From the NCBI GenBank assembly GCA_918797485.1, contig CAKKNE010000005.1:744001-808000 (forward strand): 64,000 bases of DNA, in the 5' to 3' direction. A program made the translations under genes and the position numbers. Under the pieces are notes generated by a model, which saw only the letters and a list, made by a program, of their open reading frames with translations, made no database searches and had not been told where the DNA came from. Numbering within the stretch: the first letter of the stretch is position 1; each line of letters opens with the position of its first letter. The stretch is from Pelagomonas calceolata. Taxonomy: Eukaryota. This document shows positions 10,084 to 20,167 of the stretch, piece after piece.

Positions 10084-11921
10084 ATGCGTTTCGCCACGCT
10101 AGCACTGCTGGCAGCCACCCGTGCCGCCGGGACCAAGAGCAGCCTCGGCCCTGCAGCCCTGGCTCCGCAACAACAGCGGGACGCAGCCATCGATGCACTA
10201 CGCCATCATGTAAACGAGGAGGTAGAACAGCGCCACCTGCGCGACTTACTAGAGGACGAGGCCCGCTGCAACGCGTGCACCGCCGAGGCGTGCGGCCTCT
10301 ACCTCGACTTCGCGCGGCAGAAGGTCACAGTTCATACAATCGATTTGTTGATAAACGTGGCAAGAGCCTGTAATGTGGAAGAGAAGCGCGACGCCATGTT
10401 CCGGGGCGAGGTGATGAATCCCACGGAGAATAGAAGTGTGCGCCACGTGTCGCTGCGAGCGACGAGGGGCGACCCATATGCAATAGAGGAGGCCCAGGAC
10501 ACGCTGGACCGCGTTTTAGATTTTGCGCGGGCCGTAAGAAGTCGCCACGTCAGGGGCAGCTCGGGCGAAGCACTCGTAGATGTGGTCGCGATCGGCATCG
10601 GCGGAAGCTCCCTAGGACCGGCCTGCGTCCACGAGGCGCTCGCTTCGGAGTACGCGAGCGAAGCGGATGGTAGACGGCTCCGATTTATTGCGAACGTCGA
10701 CCCCGTCGAGACGGAGATGGCGTTACGAGATTTAGATCCGGCCTCGACTTTAGTGATCGTGATCTCCAAGACCTTCACGACGAAGGAGACGATGCTCAAC
10801 GCGGCGTTGGTCAAGACGTGGCTCGGTGAACAATACGAGAGTCATATGTGCGCCGTGACGGCCGCCGCGGAAAAAGCCCGCGCGTTCGGCTGCGAACGAA
10901 TTTTTGGGTTCGGCGACTATGTGGGAGGCCGCTACTCGGTCTGGTCGCCCGTCGGCTGCCTGCCGCTCGCGCTCCAGTACGGCGTCCGGCCCGTGCGCGA
11001 GCTGCTAAGGGGCGCGCGGGCCATGGACTTACATTTCCGCGAGGCGCCTTTGTCTGAGAACCTGCCGGTGTTGCTGGCCCTCGTCGGCTTCCTCAACGCC
11101 TTTATATATGAAAGGGACTGCCGCGCGGTGCTGCCCTACGCGCGGGCCTTATCGCTCTTCCCCCGCTACGTCCAGCAGCTCGAGATGGAGAGCAACGGGA
11201 AGGGCGTCGACGTCGAGGGGAACGCGCTAACCGAGCCGGCGGGCGAGGTGGTCTTCGGCGAGGCGGGGACGCCGGGCCAGCACTCGTTCTACCAGCTGCT
11301 GCACCAGGTCCGTGCTTCCCGCGTCTCGCGGTTCTACCCCACCGCGCTATCGCCCGCGGGGCTCGCGAACGCGTGCCTCCGCCGCCGCCGCGACGCGTCG
11401 ACGGCGCGCGCAATCGCGGCGTGCTTGCGCGAACACGTTCGCCACGACGCGCGGACGAGCGGCACCAAACGCCATCGCTGCGCCCCGCGCAGGGCCTGCG
11501 CGTCGTGCCCTGCGAGTTCCTCGGCGTCTGCCAGGGCGACGGCGAGAACCACGACGAGCTCTTCCGGAACTTTTGTGCGCAGGCCGACGCGCTGGCGCTC
11601 GGAGATGACGGGGGCGGGGACAATCATAGGCGGTGCCCGGGCGACCGGCCGTCGCTTTCGTTGATGCTCGACCGCGTCGACGCGTTCCACGTCGGCGCGC
11701 TGCTCGCGCTCTACGAGCACCGCACGGCGGCGCAGGGCTGGCTGTACGGCGTGAACTCCTTCGACCAGTTCGGCGTCGAGCTCGGGAAGCGCCTCGCCGG
11801 TTTAATCGAGTCGGGGGACGCGGCGACGGCGTCGACGCGGGCGCTGCTCGCGCGGTACCGGGCGAAGCGCGTGGCGCGGATGGAGGCGCTCGCTGCTGGG
11901 GGCGGCGGCGCCTCGGAGTAA
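10084..11921 (+). CDS. GPI: Glucose-6-phosphate isomerase with signal-like N-terminus; exons 10084-11307, 11493-11921
   Basis: Motifs IGIGGSSLGP, SKTFTT.ET, VGGRYSVWS, QQLEMESNGK, GQHSFYQLLHQ|G and NSFDQFGVELGK. N-terminus MRFATLALLAA. Confidence 0.95.
11308..11492 (+). other. GT-AG intron of GPI (185 nt)
   Basis: CAG|GTCCGT...GCGCAG|GGC restores HQG. Contains CGCGACGCGTCGACGGCG and ACGCCATCG. Confidence 0.9.
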
Positions 11922-12289
11922 GTTGTTGTGTGTCGCCTTTTCCACCGCGTTGGCGGGTGGCTTGCACGCGCTAGCTGCGGATTTACACGAATTGCAGACG
12001 ACGCTAGCCTTATTCTTCGGCGACGTGCCCTTCGGCGCCGACGCCGCGCGGAAAGCTGGGGGATCGGTTTGCGGACCTAGATGGTGATCCAAGGCGGACG
12101 GTCGCGGTCGCGACGGAGATGATCCGCCAGTCGCACAACTCCGAGCGCGCGGAGCAGTACGACGGGTACCAGTGGCGGACGAACGGCATCGTGCCTTAAG
12201 CTTATTCTTTGTGACTTACCCACTGCGTTACGTCTACTGCCTCGAGCCTTGTGATAGGCTTGTGGCAGCAGTCCTGGTCTTCGCCGTAG

Positions 12290-12601
12290 ATGCCGGGCAC
12301 CTCGCGTTGCACGAAGAGCGTCGTCCGGCCGGCGCGGCGCTGCATTCAGCCGCCGATGACTCCGGCGGCGACGCGCCGGCGCGTGTCCACGGGCTACACC
12401 GACGAGGCGCGCCGCGTCGCCGGCGAGCTGCGGCTCGAAGATGAGACGATCAATACGAATCTCGTACGGCGCATCGCCGTGGTCCATCACGCGTTCCCAA
12501 ATGAGGACGGGACGCGGGAGCCTCTCGTTGACGCCGTCCGCGGGCTCGTCTTCGACGACGAGAGCAAGGACGACGACGACGACGATATGGAGACCACCTA
12601 G
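12290..12601 (+). CDS. Hypothetical small protein with acidic tail, or degraded gene fragment
   Basis: The 3' half has coding-like codon usage (...FDDESKDDDDDDMETT*); the 5' structure is unresolved. Confidence 0.25.
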   Translation: MPGTSRCTKSVVRPARRCIQPPMTPAATRRRVSTGYTDEARRVAGELRLEDETINTNLVRRIAVVHHAFPNEDGTREPLVDAVRGLVFDDESKDDDDDDMETT

Positions 12602-12986
12602 GCTGCAGTTTTAAGTTCTATTTTTGACCACTTGTACCGGCTCGGTGCGGTCGCGAGCGACGCGGCCGCGGCGACCAAAAATCGTCTCAGGTCCCTCGGA
12701 GGTCCTCCCTTCGTCGGATGAACGCTCAAAAAGGTAAAACAAAGGTGTTGCCGAAAATCGAACATTTTCTTGCAATCGGCCTCTCTTAAACACGAATGAA
12801 TTTGTTTGTGACTGGATTTATTTTAGCGGCTCGCTGCGCGCCGCTAAGCCTGTCTTCTACGTCGTCCGATCACACGTGGAAGAAGGGCCGGACACTCCTC
12901 CTGGGAGCCTTGGGAGCACAACTCACCGCCGTCGCGGGTCCGAAGCGACGCGCGACGCGGGGCGGACACTACCATAAGAAGACGCT

Positions 12987-14123
12987 TTAGGGCGCCGGCG
13001 CCGCCCCCTCCTGCTGCACCGCGCCCGCGGCGGCGGGCGCGGGCGCCGCGGCCTTGGCCGCGCGCGCTTTCGCTTCGCGCTTGATCTGCTGGATCTGCAT
13101 GTAGAGGTTGTTCCGGTAGTCCTGGGCGCTCAGCTTCGTGTTGTCATCCACAGCAATCTTCACGGGGCCGCCCGGGAAGTCGGGCTCCTCCTCGGACTTG
13201 TGGAACTCGCCCACGAAGGGGTCCTCGAGCGCTTGCGCCGCCGTCACGCGCTTCGACGGGTTGAATTTGAGGCAGGCATGTAATAAAGGCGGTCCCGCCG
13301 GCTCGGACCCGCCGAGGCTCAGCTCGCGCTTCGGCACGGGCCCGATCGACTCGAGCATGCGCTCCGCGTACTGCGACCCCGACGCCGCGACGTCCTCGGG
13401 CGACGGCTTGCCCGTCAGCTCGATGACCTTCTCGAGCTGGTTCACGGTACTCGTCCCCGGGAAGATGGGCTTGCCGCCGAGCATCTCGCCCAGGATGCAG
13501 CCCACGGCCCACATGTCGACGCCCTTGGTGTAGACGGGACTACCTAGCAAAATCTCGGGCGCCCGATACCATCTCGTGGCCACATAGTCCGTCAGCGCGG
13601 GCTGCGTCGTCGTCTGGCACTCCGCCACGCTTCGACACAACCCAAAATCACAAACCTTGACGTGGCAGTCGCTGTTCAACAAAAGGTTCGAAGGCTTGAT
13701 GTCGCGGTGCAGTAAATCGCCGGAGTGCATATATTTCAAGGCCTTCAGTAGTTGATAGACGATATACTTCTTGTGGATCTCTTCGAGGATGTTCGCCCGA
13801 ATGACCGCATGTAAGTCCGTCTCCATGTGGTCAAAAGTCAGGTAGATATCCCTGTCGTTCTCCGCCTTGATGATGTGCTGCAACCGAATAATGTTCTCAT
13901 GCCCACTCAACTGCTGCAGGTACATGATCTCCCTGAACGTTCGTTGCGCGTCCGTGCCGTTGCGGAACGCGTCGAAGCACTTCTTGAGCGCGACGGTGCT
14001 CCGCGACCGCCGCTCGATGGCCTTCCAGACCACGCCGTAGGCGCCCTTGCCCAGGCGCTGGCAGACCTCGAAGCGCTTGCGCACGTGGCGCTCGACGTCC
14101 TCGTCGGCCGGCTCGGCAGCCAT
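12987..14123 (-). CDS. MAPK15: Mitogen-activated protein kinase, ERK7/8 (MAPK15)-like
   Basis: LGKGAYGVVWKA, KKCFDAFRNGTDAQRTFREI, HRDIKPSN, DFGL and TDY activation loop (LTDYVATRWYRAPE). Start MAAEPAD. Confidence 0.92.
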   Translation of the reverse strand: MAAEPADEDVERHVRKRFEVCQRLGKGAYGVVWKAIERRSRSTVALKKCFDAFRNGTDAQRTFREIMYLQQLSGHENIIRLQHIIKAENDRDIYLTFDHMETDLHAVIRANILEEIHKKYIVYQLLKALKYMHSGDLLHRDIKPSNLLLNSDCHVKVCDFGLCRSVAECQTTTQPALTDYVATRWYRAPEILLGSPVYTKGVDMWAVGCILGEMLGGKPIFPGTSTVNQLEKVIELTGKPSPEDVAASGSQYAERMLESIGPVPKRELSLGGSEPAGPPLLHACLKFNPSKRVTAAQALEDPFVGEFHKSEEEPDFPGGPVKIAVDDNTKLSAQDYRNNLYMQIQQIKREAKARAAKAAAPAPAAAGAVQQEGAAPAP

Positions 14124-14463
14124 GATGGCTCCGGAGATGGCTCGTGAAGGCTGCCTTCCCGCGGGGCGCGCGAGCGTTTCGCTCGGAGAGGTGGCTTGTG
14201 AAGCTCGCGACGACGATGCCTTGCTCCGGAGGCAGCCCGCTGCACCTAGCTCCGCGCCTCTGGGGTCGCCGGGCCGGATGCGCTGTGTCCTGGTCTTCGG
14301 GGCTTCCCGAGGGCACGAGACGAGACGTCTCCCCGGCGACGGTGGAGTGGTCGGGCGCGCCATCGGGAGAGTATTTTAGAGCGTGTTTTTTTTTTCGGCG
14401 GGTTTTGTCAGCAGCCTTACTTTTTTTCCTAGGTACCACCCTTGGGGATGAGGTCAGTAACTG

Positions 14464-15123
14464 CTACAACGGCAGGCGAGGGTTCGATGGGTCGATGATG
14501 GGGTCAATGGGTTGCGGCAGGTACTTCTCGTAACGCGTCCCGCGCAAGGTATCGCGAACGTCCCCCCAGTTCGAAACGTGGTCGGCGATGGAACCAGTGT
14601 GCACCTGGGCGAAACTTGGTGGCGATGGAGCCTTCGCCTCGGGCGCGCACCGCGCCTCAGTCGCCAAGTCGCCCAGGATCCACCGCCGCATGTCATCTAG
14701 GACCGCGTTGTCTGCGTCGACCCGTCGCGTGAGGACGCCATAGTCCGTCGCGCGGAGCCACAGACCCCTCAACTCGTCGAGCACCGCCCGCTCGTCATCC
14801 AATAATTTTATGAGTTCGTCGCCCGCGGGCATGAGCGCCCGCCGCATCTCCCGCTCCGCTCCACTCGCGGTCGTGATCTTGCGTCGCTCGGCCCGGAGCG
14901 ACCGCCAGAGCTCCGCCACCGCTGGCGCGGTCAGGTTACGGCGGGTCCGCGGCGCGAGCCCGTCGGCGAGCCGGTCGGCGAGGTCTCGCGGGGCGCGGTG
15001 CGCCGCCGCGGCGCGGTAGCCCGCGTACATGGCGTCCTGGAAAGGTGTGGAGCGAGTGCCATGGCAGGAGCAATCGTCGCACCAAGCGCCCTGCGCCAGG
15101 AGGATGAGCAAAACGGGTCGCAT
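14464..15123 (-). CDS. Hypothetical secreted protein
   Basis: Signal-like N-terminus MRPVLLILLAQGAWC; GC3-rich ORF. Confidence 0.55.
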   Translation of the reverse strand: MRPVLLILLAQGAWCDDCSCHGTRSTPFQDAMYAGYRAAAAHRAPRDLADRLADGLAPRTRRNLTAPAVAELWRSLRAERRKITTASGAEREMRRALMPAGDELIKLLDDERAVLDELRGLWLRATDYGVLTRRVDADNAVLDDMRRWILGDLATEARCAPEAKAPSPPSFAQVHTGSIADHVSNWGDVRDTLRGTRYEKYLPQPIDPIIDPSNPRLPL

Positions 15124-15221
15124 CGTCTGATCTACGACGCCTACGCCTCCTAACCTCGAGGCTAGTATGTCACACGTAGTTAAAGCACTAATCCAGCGTA
15201 ACGATGAATCGGCGACGCGCG

Positions 15222-15295
15222 GTGTCTCCCCCCCAGGGGCTCCGCCCACTAGTCCTAGCACCGTAACATCGACTACTAGTCCTAGCACCGTAGCA
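15222..15295. repeat. Dispersed intergenic repeat B, copy 1, with its 3' part tandemly duplicated
   Basis: GTGTCTCC(C)nAGGGGCTCCGCCCACTAGTCCTAGCACCGTAACA, near-identical to 29753-29797. ACTAGTCCTAGCACCGTA occurs twice. Confidence 0.8.
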
Positions 15296-15417
15296 ATAAA
15301 GCAAAAGAAACATCGCAGTAGAAAATAGACGTCCCCGTCGTCGCGATACTACGCCTTGGCTATATCTGTTATATATTCAATATGCTGACTATTCACACGG
15401 CCCGCGGCAGGCGCCCG

Positions 15418-16407
15418 TCACGCGAGCGCGCCCTCGAAGATGATACGGGGCTTCTGGAAGATGGTCTGGACGTGGTTCGTGGCCACCTCGTGGACGGCCG
15501 ACGCGAGGCCGAGCCGCTCCGCGGCGCCGACCGTCGCGAGGACGTCGTCGCGCGACAGGTACGGGTCCGCCGGGTTGTGCAGGAAGACCGCGCGCTTCGG
15601 CGGCGGCGCCGCCGGCGCGCGACCGAACGCGACGCGGGCCGCGTGGGCCACGATGGGCTCGTAGTTGCCCCGGCGCGCCGCCGAGGAGGACACGCGCAGC
15701 CAGCGCGTCGTGAGGTCCCGCCACGCGCATGGGTGCCGCCCCAGCCGCCGCAGGAACCAGTGCTGGACCCGTAGCCGGAAGGCCGTCACGGACCACCGCG
15801 TCCTTATGAGGAACAGATGGAGCGGCTGCGGGAAGAGGTCCACGACCTTGCCGAAGGGCAGGGCGTCGCGCATGAACTGCCGCGCGAAGGTCGTGAAGGC
15901 CCGCGGCTTCGGTAAGATCGGCGTCGAGTCCAGCAGCAGCGTATCACACGCCAGCGGCACGCCCGCGCCGCGCGTCAGGTAGTAGTTCAGGAAGCCGCCG
16001 CTCATGCAGTGCACCACATCAAAATGCCTCGCTAGTTCATGTTCCTTGCCCAGCCGCGCGTTCCGCCGGAAATTCTTGTACCAGCCGCTCGGCCGCGCGA
16101 CCTCTTTTACGGGCGACGGGACGACGACACACTCATACCCGTTCTTCGCGTAGCGCTTCTCGATGAGTGCGAGCTCGCGGTCGCTCGCGCCGAAGAAACC
16201 GAAGACGGCCGCGGTCTTGCGCTGGTGGCCGTTCGCGGCCTCGGCGGCGGTCGGCGCCGCGGCGGTGGCCGGTGGCGCGTCGCTGGTCGTTGCCGCGCCG
16301 GCGTCCGCGGCGCGGCGAGGCTGCATGGGCTGCAGGGCCTTAGGCGGTGCAACTAATGCATGGCTACAAGCGAGGAAACTGGAGAGCAATGCGATCCGTC
16401 GTCGCAT
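15418..16407 (-). CDS. DUF829/TMEM53-like alpha/beta-hydrolase-fold protein with targeting presequence
   Basis: VFGFFGA, VVHCMSGG, LLDSTP, FLHNPADPYL and NHVQ. N-terminus MRRRIALLSSFLACSHALV. Confidence 0.6.
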   Translation of the reverse strand: MRRRIALLSSFLACSHALVAPPKALQPMQPRRAADAGAATTSDAPPATAAAPTAAEAANGHQRKTAAVFGFFGASDRELALIEKRYAKNGYECVVVPSPVKEVARPSGWYKNFRRNARLGKEHELARHFDVVHCMSGGFLNYYLTRGAGVPLACDTLLLDSTPILPKPRAFTTFARQFMRDALPFGKVVDLFPQPLHLFLIRTRWSVTAFRLRVQHWFLRRLGRHPCAWRDLTTRWLRVSSSAARRGNYEPIVAHAARVAFGRAPAAPPPKRAVFLHNPADPYLSRDDVLATVGAAERLGLASAVHEVATNHVQTIFQKPRIIFEGALA

Positions 16408-16736
16408 GGTTCTCAATTCGTTGCTTCGCTTAAACGTGCAGTCCTGTCGGCGCGGAGGTCTTTTTTTGACCAATGTCAGCAGCCCTCCCGCTAAATGAGC
16501 CTCGAGTTAAACCAGGACCCATCCATGCGCGGACGGCTCTTCCTATGCCTCTGCGGACCGGTAAACGCAGGGAACTGGATGGTGATTGTCGTGCGGGGCG
16601 ACCAATCTCTCGAGCCTGCGAGCAGGCAGGAGATGAAAAAGAGCCCCCATGCACCCGGCACGCTGCACGTAGCAACTCGCATCGCATCGCATCGGTGCGA
16701 GATAGCTGCCCCACTTGCGTGCGCAGACCCTCAGCC

Positions 16737-19463
16737 ATGCTCTCGCAACTCATTGAGCGCTTCATAAAACGCCTCTGCGGCCGCTGGCTCAAAAATTTCG
16801 ACGGCTCGCAGATCAACGTGAGCCTCGGCGGCACCGTCACGCTCGAGCACCTCGACCTCAAGACGGAGGAGCTCCGCGCGCTTCTACTCCCGTACGAGCC
16901 TGTGTCGGCGTCCGCGCGACGGCTCAAGCTCGAGATCGACCCGCTCAGCAGCTCGCTGCGCGTCGACGTCGAGAACGTCGACGTCGCCCTGACGGCACGT
17001 TCGGCCTTCGACGCCGCCGACGCGCGGGACGCCGTCGAGCGCGCCGTGCACCTGTATTTCACGACGTATTTACGGCCGCCGAAGCAAGCGCAGAACGACG
17101 CCGGCGCAGCGGCGCTGCGAGACCTGCTGCGGTCCTCGGAACTTACCCTGAGGAGGCTCCACGTGCGCGTCGCGCAGTGCCTGCCGCTGCGGGCGCTCGG
17201 CGACGGCCGCGGGCAGCCTGTCCGCGCTGGGTTCTTTCTGGAAACGCTCGACGTGCGGAGCGCCCCGGGCGACCTGCACAAACGTATAACAATTGTAGGC
17301 CTCGCGGCCTACTGCGCGGCGGGGCCGCCCAAGGCCGTCTTCGCGCGCGGCCTCACCGTCGAGGCGGGCGGCGCCGCGGACGCCGCGGCGCGGGCCCGTG
17401 AGGCCGCGCGACGGCAGGGCGACGTGGTCCTCGCCGCCGACCTCGTCGAGCTCGACTTGAATGTAAACGTGGACATTGATGCTCTTCTGAACAACACGGG
17501 AGGGCCCTGGCTCACGAGGGTCGACGCGGCGGTCTCGATGGCGCGCGTCCGCGTCACCATGTCCGACGTCGCGCGGCGGTTCTTGTTGGACGCGGCCGCC
17601 CGCTTCCGGCACTCGCACCGCCGGCGCCAGGACGTCGCCCGGCGGCCGCTGGCGAGATGGGCGCGCGCGCTCGCGGCCGTCCGCGCGGATCTTTTAGCGA
17701 GGAGGCCGCGCCCGGAAACCTCGGACGACGCGACGCGGTGGCGGCGCTACTTCGACGAGTGGCGGGCCTGCGCCAAGTACGTGGCGCGGCGCAAGCTGCT
17801 CGTCGACCGGGTCAAGTGCGGCGTCTTCGCCGACGCGGCGACGGGCGAGGCCTACTACGAGCTTGGCGAGCGCTTCGGCGGGCCGGCCGGCGACGTCACG
17901 CCCGAGGACCGCTCCCGGGCGGCGCGGGCCGTCCGGCGCCTCACGCGGCCGCGGCGCTACGCGTACCCCGACGACTACGTGCCCACGACGTCCACGGCCG
18001 TGGTGGACCTCGAGGACGAGGACCTGGAGCTCGACGGCTGGGATCGGGATGAATCAAACGTCGCGGTGACACGCGCGGAGGATTTGGACGACGCCGTCGC
18101 GCGCGCGTTGGACGCGGAGCAGCGGCGCTGCGATCGGACGTGGCCGGTCGAGAGGGCCGCGGCCTGCCGGGCCGTCGCCGCGCGCCACATGATGCGCGAC
18201 GCGGTTATTGGTGAGGAGGTTTTAGTCGTAGCAATAGTCGGCTGCAGCAACGTGCCGGCGGCGACGGTGAACCTGGCGAGCGACCGCCGGGCGCGCGTCG
18301 ACGTGCGCGTCGGCGCAGCCCCGGAATCGTACTTCGGCGGCGACGACGACGTCATAAAATCAAAACCGGCGGTCGTCGAGGACGACGCGTGCGCCTTCCA
18401 CGAGGTCCTGGAGGTGCCCGTGGCGCGCGGCGCCGAGCGCACGCTGCGCGTGTCGCTCGTGGAAGTCGGCGCGACGTACGATTCGGTGCTCGCGGCCGCC
18501 GCTATTCCTTTGGAAGATTTGGAGCCGGCGCCGTCGCGCAAGGGCACGCGGACCGTCGCGGCGACGCTCGACCTGGCGCCCAAGTCCCTCACGGACGGCT
18601 TCTTCTCGCGCATCCTGGCGGCCTCGTGCTCCCTCGAAATCGTCGCGGGGCGCGTCGCCGTCGACGGGCGCGTCGCGCGCAAGGCCGTCGCGGGCCATTT
18701 GGATCGGCTGCGCGACGAACCTTCCACGCCCCCGGCCGAGACGCTCCTGTCCGTGTCGCTGGCGGTCGAGGACCTCGACGCGCGCTGCGACGACTACCGC
18801 GTGACGGCCGCGCGGCTCGCGGGCGCGTCGGACCCCGTGCGCGTCCCCCGCGCCGCCGCGCACCGACCGGGCGGGTCCGGCGAGGGGTCCGTGGCCTACG
18901 CGTGCTCGCGCGCGCTCCGGGCGCTCCTCGCGCGGGACGCGCCCGCCGAGGTCTGCGCCCTCGCGGACGCCGTCTTCGAGGCGCCGGGCCGCCCGGCGCG
19001 GGCGCCCCGGGACCTGAGCTTCCGGCGTGTCGGACGCATCGAGGCGGGCTGGTTCGACGCGACGCGGGCCGGGGACGTGCGCGTCGTCCTCGACGACGGC
19101 GCGGTCGTGAACGCGTCGGCGGCGGAGGTGCGCGTCAAGCGACCGCCCCTCGACGGCCTCGCCGCGCTCCTGTCGCGGGCGTCGGAGGGCGACGCGTGGG
19201 GCGGCGCGTGGGACTGCGACGGCTACCGCGTCGCCGTCCGGGCGCCCGTCTCCGGCGCGCGCTTCTGCGTCGTCGGCGCGCCGGCTTCGCTCCTCTCGGT
19301 CGCGGGCGCGCCGCCGCGCGTCGTCGTCGCCGACGACGACGCGGTCGTGGCGCCTGTGGCGCCGCGCGAGGAGGTCGTGGCGCCGACGCGTGTTTCGTTG
19401 CCTTCGCAAAGTCCTTCGCCGGCGCCGACGACGAAGAGGCCCTCTTGTTGTGTGGTGAGCTAG
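16737..19463 (+). CDS. VPS13 chorein-N-like + C2-domain protein with CaaX tail
   Basis: MLSQLIERFIKRLCGRWLKNFDGSQINVSLGGTVTLEHLDLK resembles Chorein_N; C2-like VAIVGCSNVP...FHEVLEV; ends SCCVVS*. Confidence 0.65.
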   Translation: MLSQLIERFIKRLCGRWLKNFDGSQINVSLGGTVTLEHLDLKTEELRALLLPYEPVSASARRLKLEIDPLSSSLRVDVENVDVALTARSAFDAADARDAVERAVHLYFTTYLRPPKQAQNDAGAAALRDLLRSSELTLRRLHVRVAQCLPLRALGDGRGQPVRAGFFLETLDVRSAPGDLHKRITIVGLAAYCAAGPPKAVFARGLTVEAGGAADAAARAREAARRQGDVVLAADLVELDLNVNVDIDALLNNTGGPWLTRVDAAVSMARVRVTMSDVARRFLLDAAARFRHSHRRRQDVARRPLARWARALAAVRADLLARRPRPETSDDATRWRRYFDEWRACAKYVARRKLLVDRVKCGVFADAATGEAYYELGERFGGPAGDVTPEDRSRAARAVRRLTRPRRYAYPDDYVPTTSTAVVDLEDEDLELDGWDRDESNVAVTRAEDLDDAVARALDAEQRRCDRTWPVERAAACRAVAARHMMRDAVIGEEVLVVAIVGCSNVPAATVNLASDRRARVDVRVGAAPESYFGGDDDVIKSKPAVVEDDACAFHEVLEVPVARGAERTLRVSLVEVGATYDSVLAAAAIPLEDLEPAPSRKGTRTVAATLDLAPKSLTDGFFSRILAASCSLEIVAGRVAVDGRVARKAVAGHLDRLRDEPSTPPAETLLSVSLAVEDLDARCDDYRVTAARLAGASDPVRVPRAAAHRPGGSGEGSVAYACSRALRALLARDAPAEVCALADAVFEAPGRPARAPRDLSFRRVGRIEAGWFDATRAGDVRVVLDDGAVVNASAAEVRVKRPPLDGLAALLSRASEGDAWGGAWDCDGYRVAVRAPVSGARFCVVGAPASLLSVAGAPPRVVVADDDAVVAPVAPREEVVAPTRVSLPSQSPSPAPTTKRPSCCVVS

Positions 19464-19555
19464 GTATACTTTAACCTCGATTTTTATTTTACTTATTTTT
19501 GCTTTTTTTTGCTTCGAGCGAGGCACTTGGCACCCTCGAGCAATCATTGCGTCCG

Positions 19556-19577
19556 CTAGTGTCTTACAGGCCGCTAG
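19556..19577 (+). promoter_or_regulatory. CTAG-box, consensus copy
   Basis: CTAGTGTCTTACAGGCCGCTAG, about 255 nt upstream of the ATG at 19832. Confidence 0.7.
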
Positions 19578-19831
19578 GCCACAGATTTTTAACGACCAAA
19601 CGTCGGCAGAGATTTACGACGCAGCAAGAACCGCATTCCTCCTGAGTCTCTCTTACAGCACTACTTCGGCAGCCACAACGCTACAAATCGCGTTTGCATC
19701 GCAAAGTCTATTAGCGCGCCAGAAAACCACCTGTCACAGCCCAGCGCACAACGCCTCAGAACGTACGTCGCAGCAACCACGACCACCAAACAGCCGTCGC
19801 AGCGGCAAGTAACACGCCGTCAAAACCGCAA

Positions 19832-20167
19832 ATGTCGTGGCCCGCCGGCTGGACCTCGTCGCCACCGATCGCGCGCGGTCTCATCGCAAAGACGTCCTGC
19901 CGCAACTACTCGCTCGGCGACGCCTGGCGCACGGGCAGTACCCCGCGCTGGCTGGACAGCGCCGTCGCGGAAGCCCTAGCCGTACGCAACGGCACGTCGG
20001 TCGCCCGCGTCGCCACCATCGCCGCGCCGGCCGCGGCGGCGGCCAAGCCGCCGCCGCCGCCGACGACGCCGCAAAAAGACATTGACCTCGAGGTCTCGTC
20101 GTCGCCGCGGGCGTCCGCGTTCAAGCGCATCTTCTGCGCGAAGGCGCCCAAGTGCGTGATCGCGTGA
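19832..20167 (+). CDS. Small hypothetical protein with CaaX tail
   Basis: 111-aa ATG-initiated ORF ending KCVIA*; its stop overlaps the next ATG (TGATG). Confidence 0.5.
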   Translation: MSWPAGWTSSPPIARGLIAKTSCRNYSLGDAWRTGSTPRWLDSAVAEALAVRNGTSVARVATIAAPAAAAAKPPPPPTTPQKDIDLEVSSSPRASAFKRIFCAKAPKCVIA

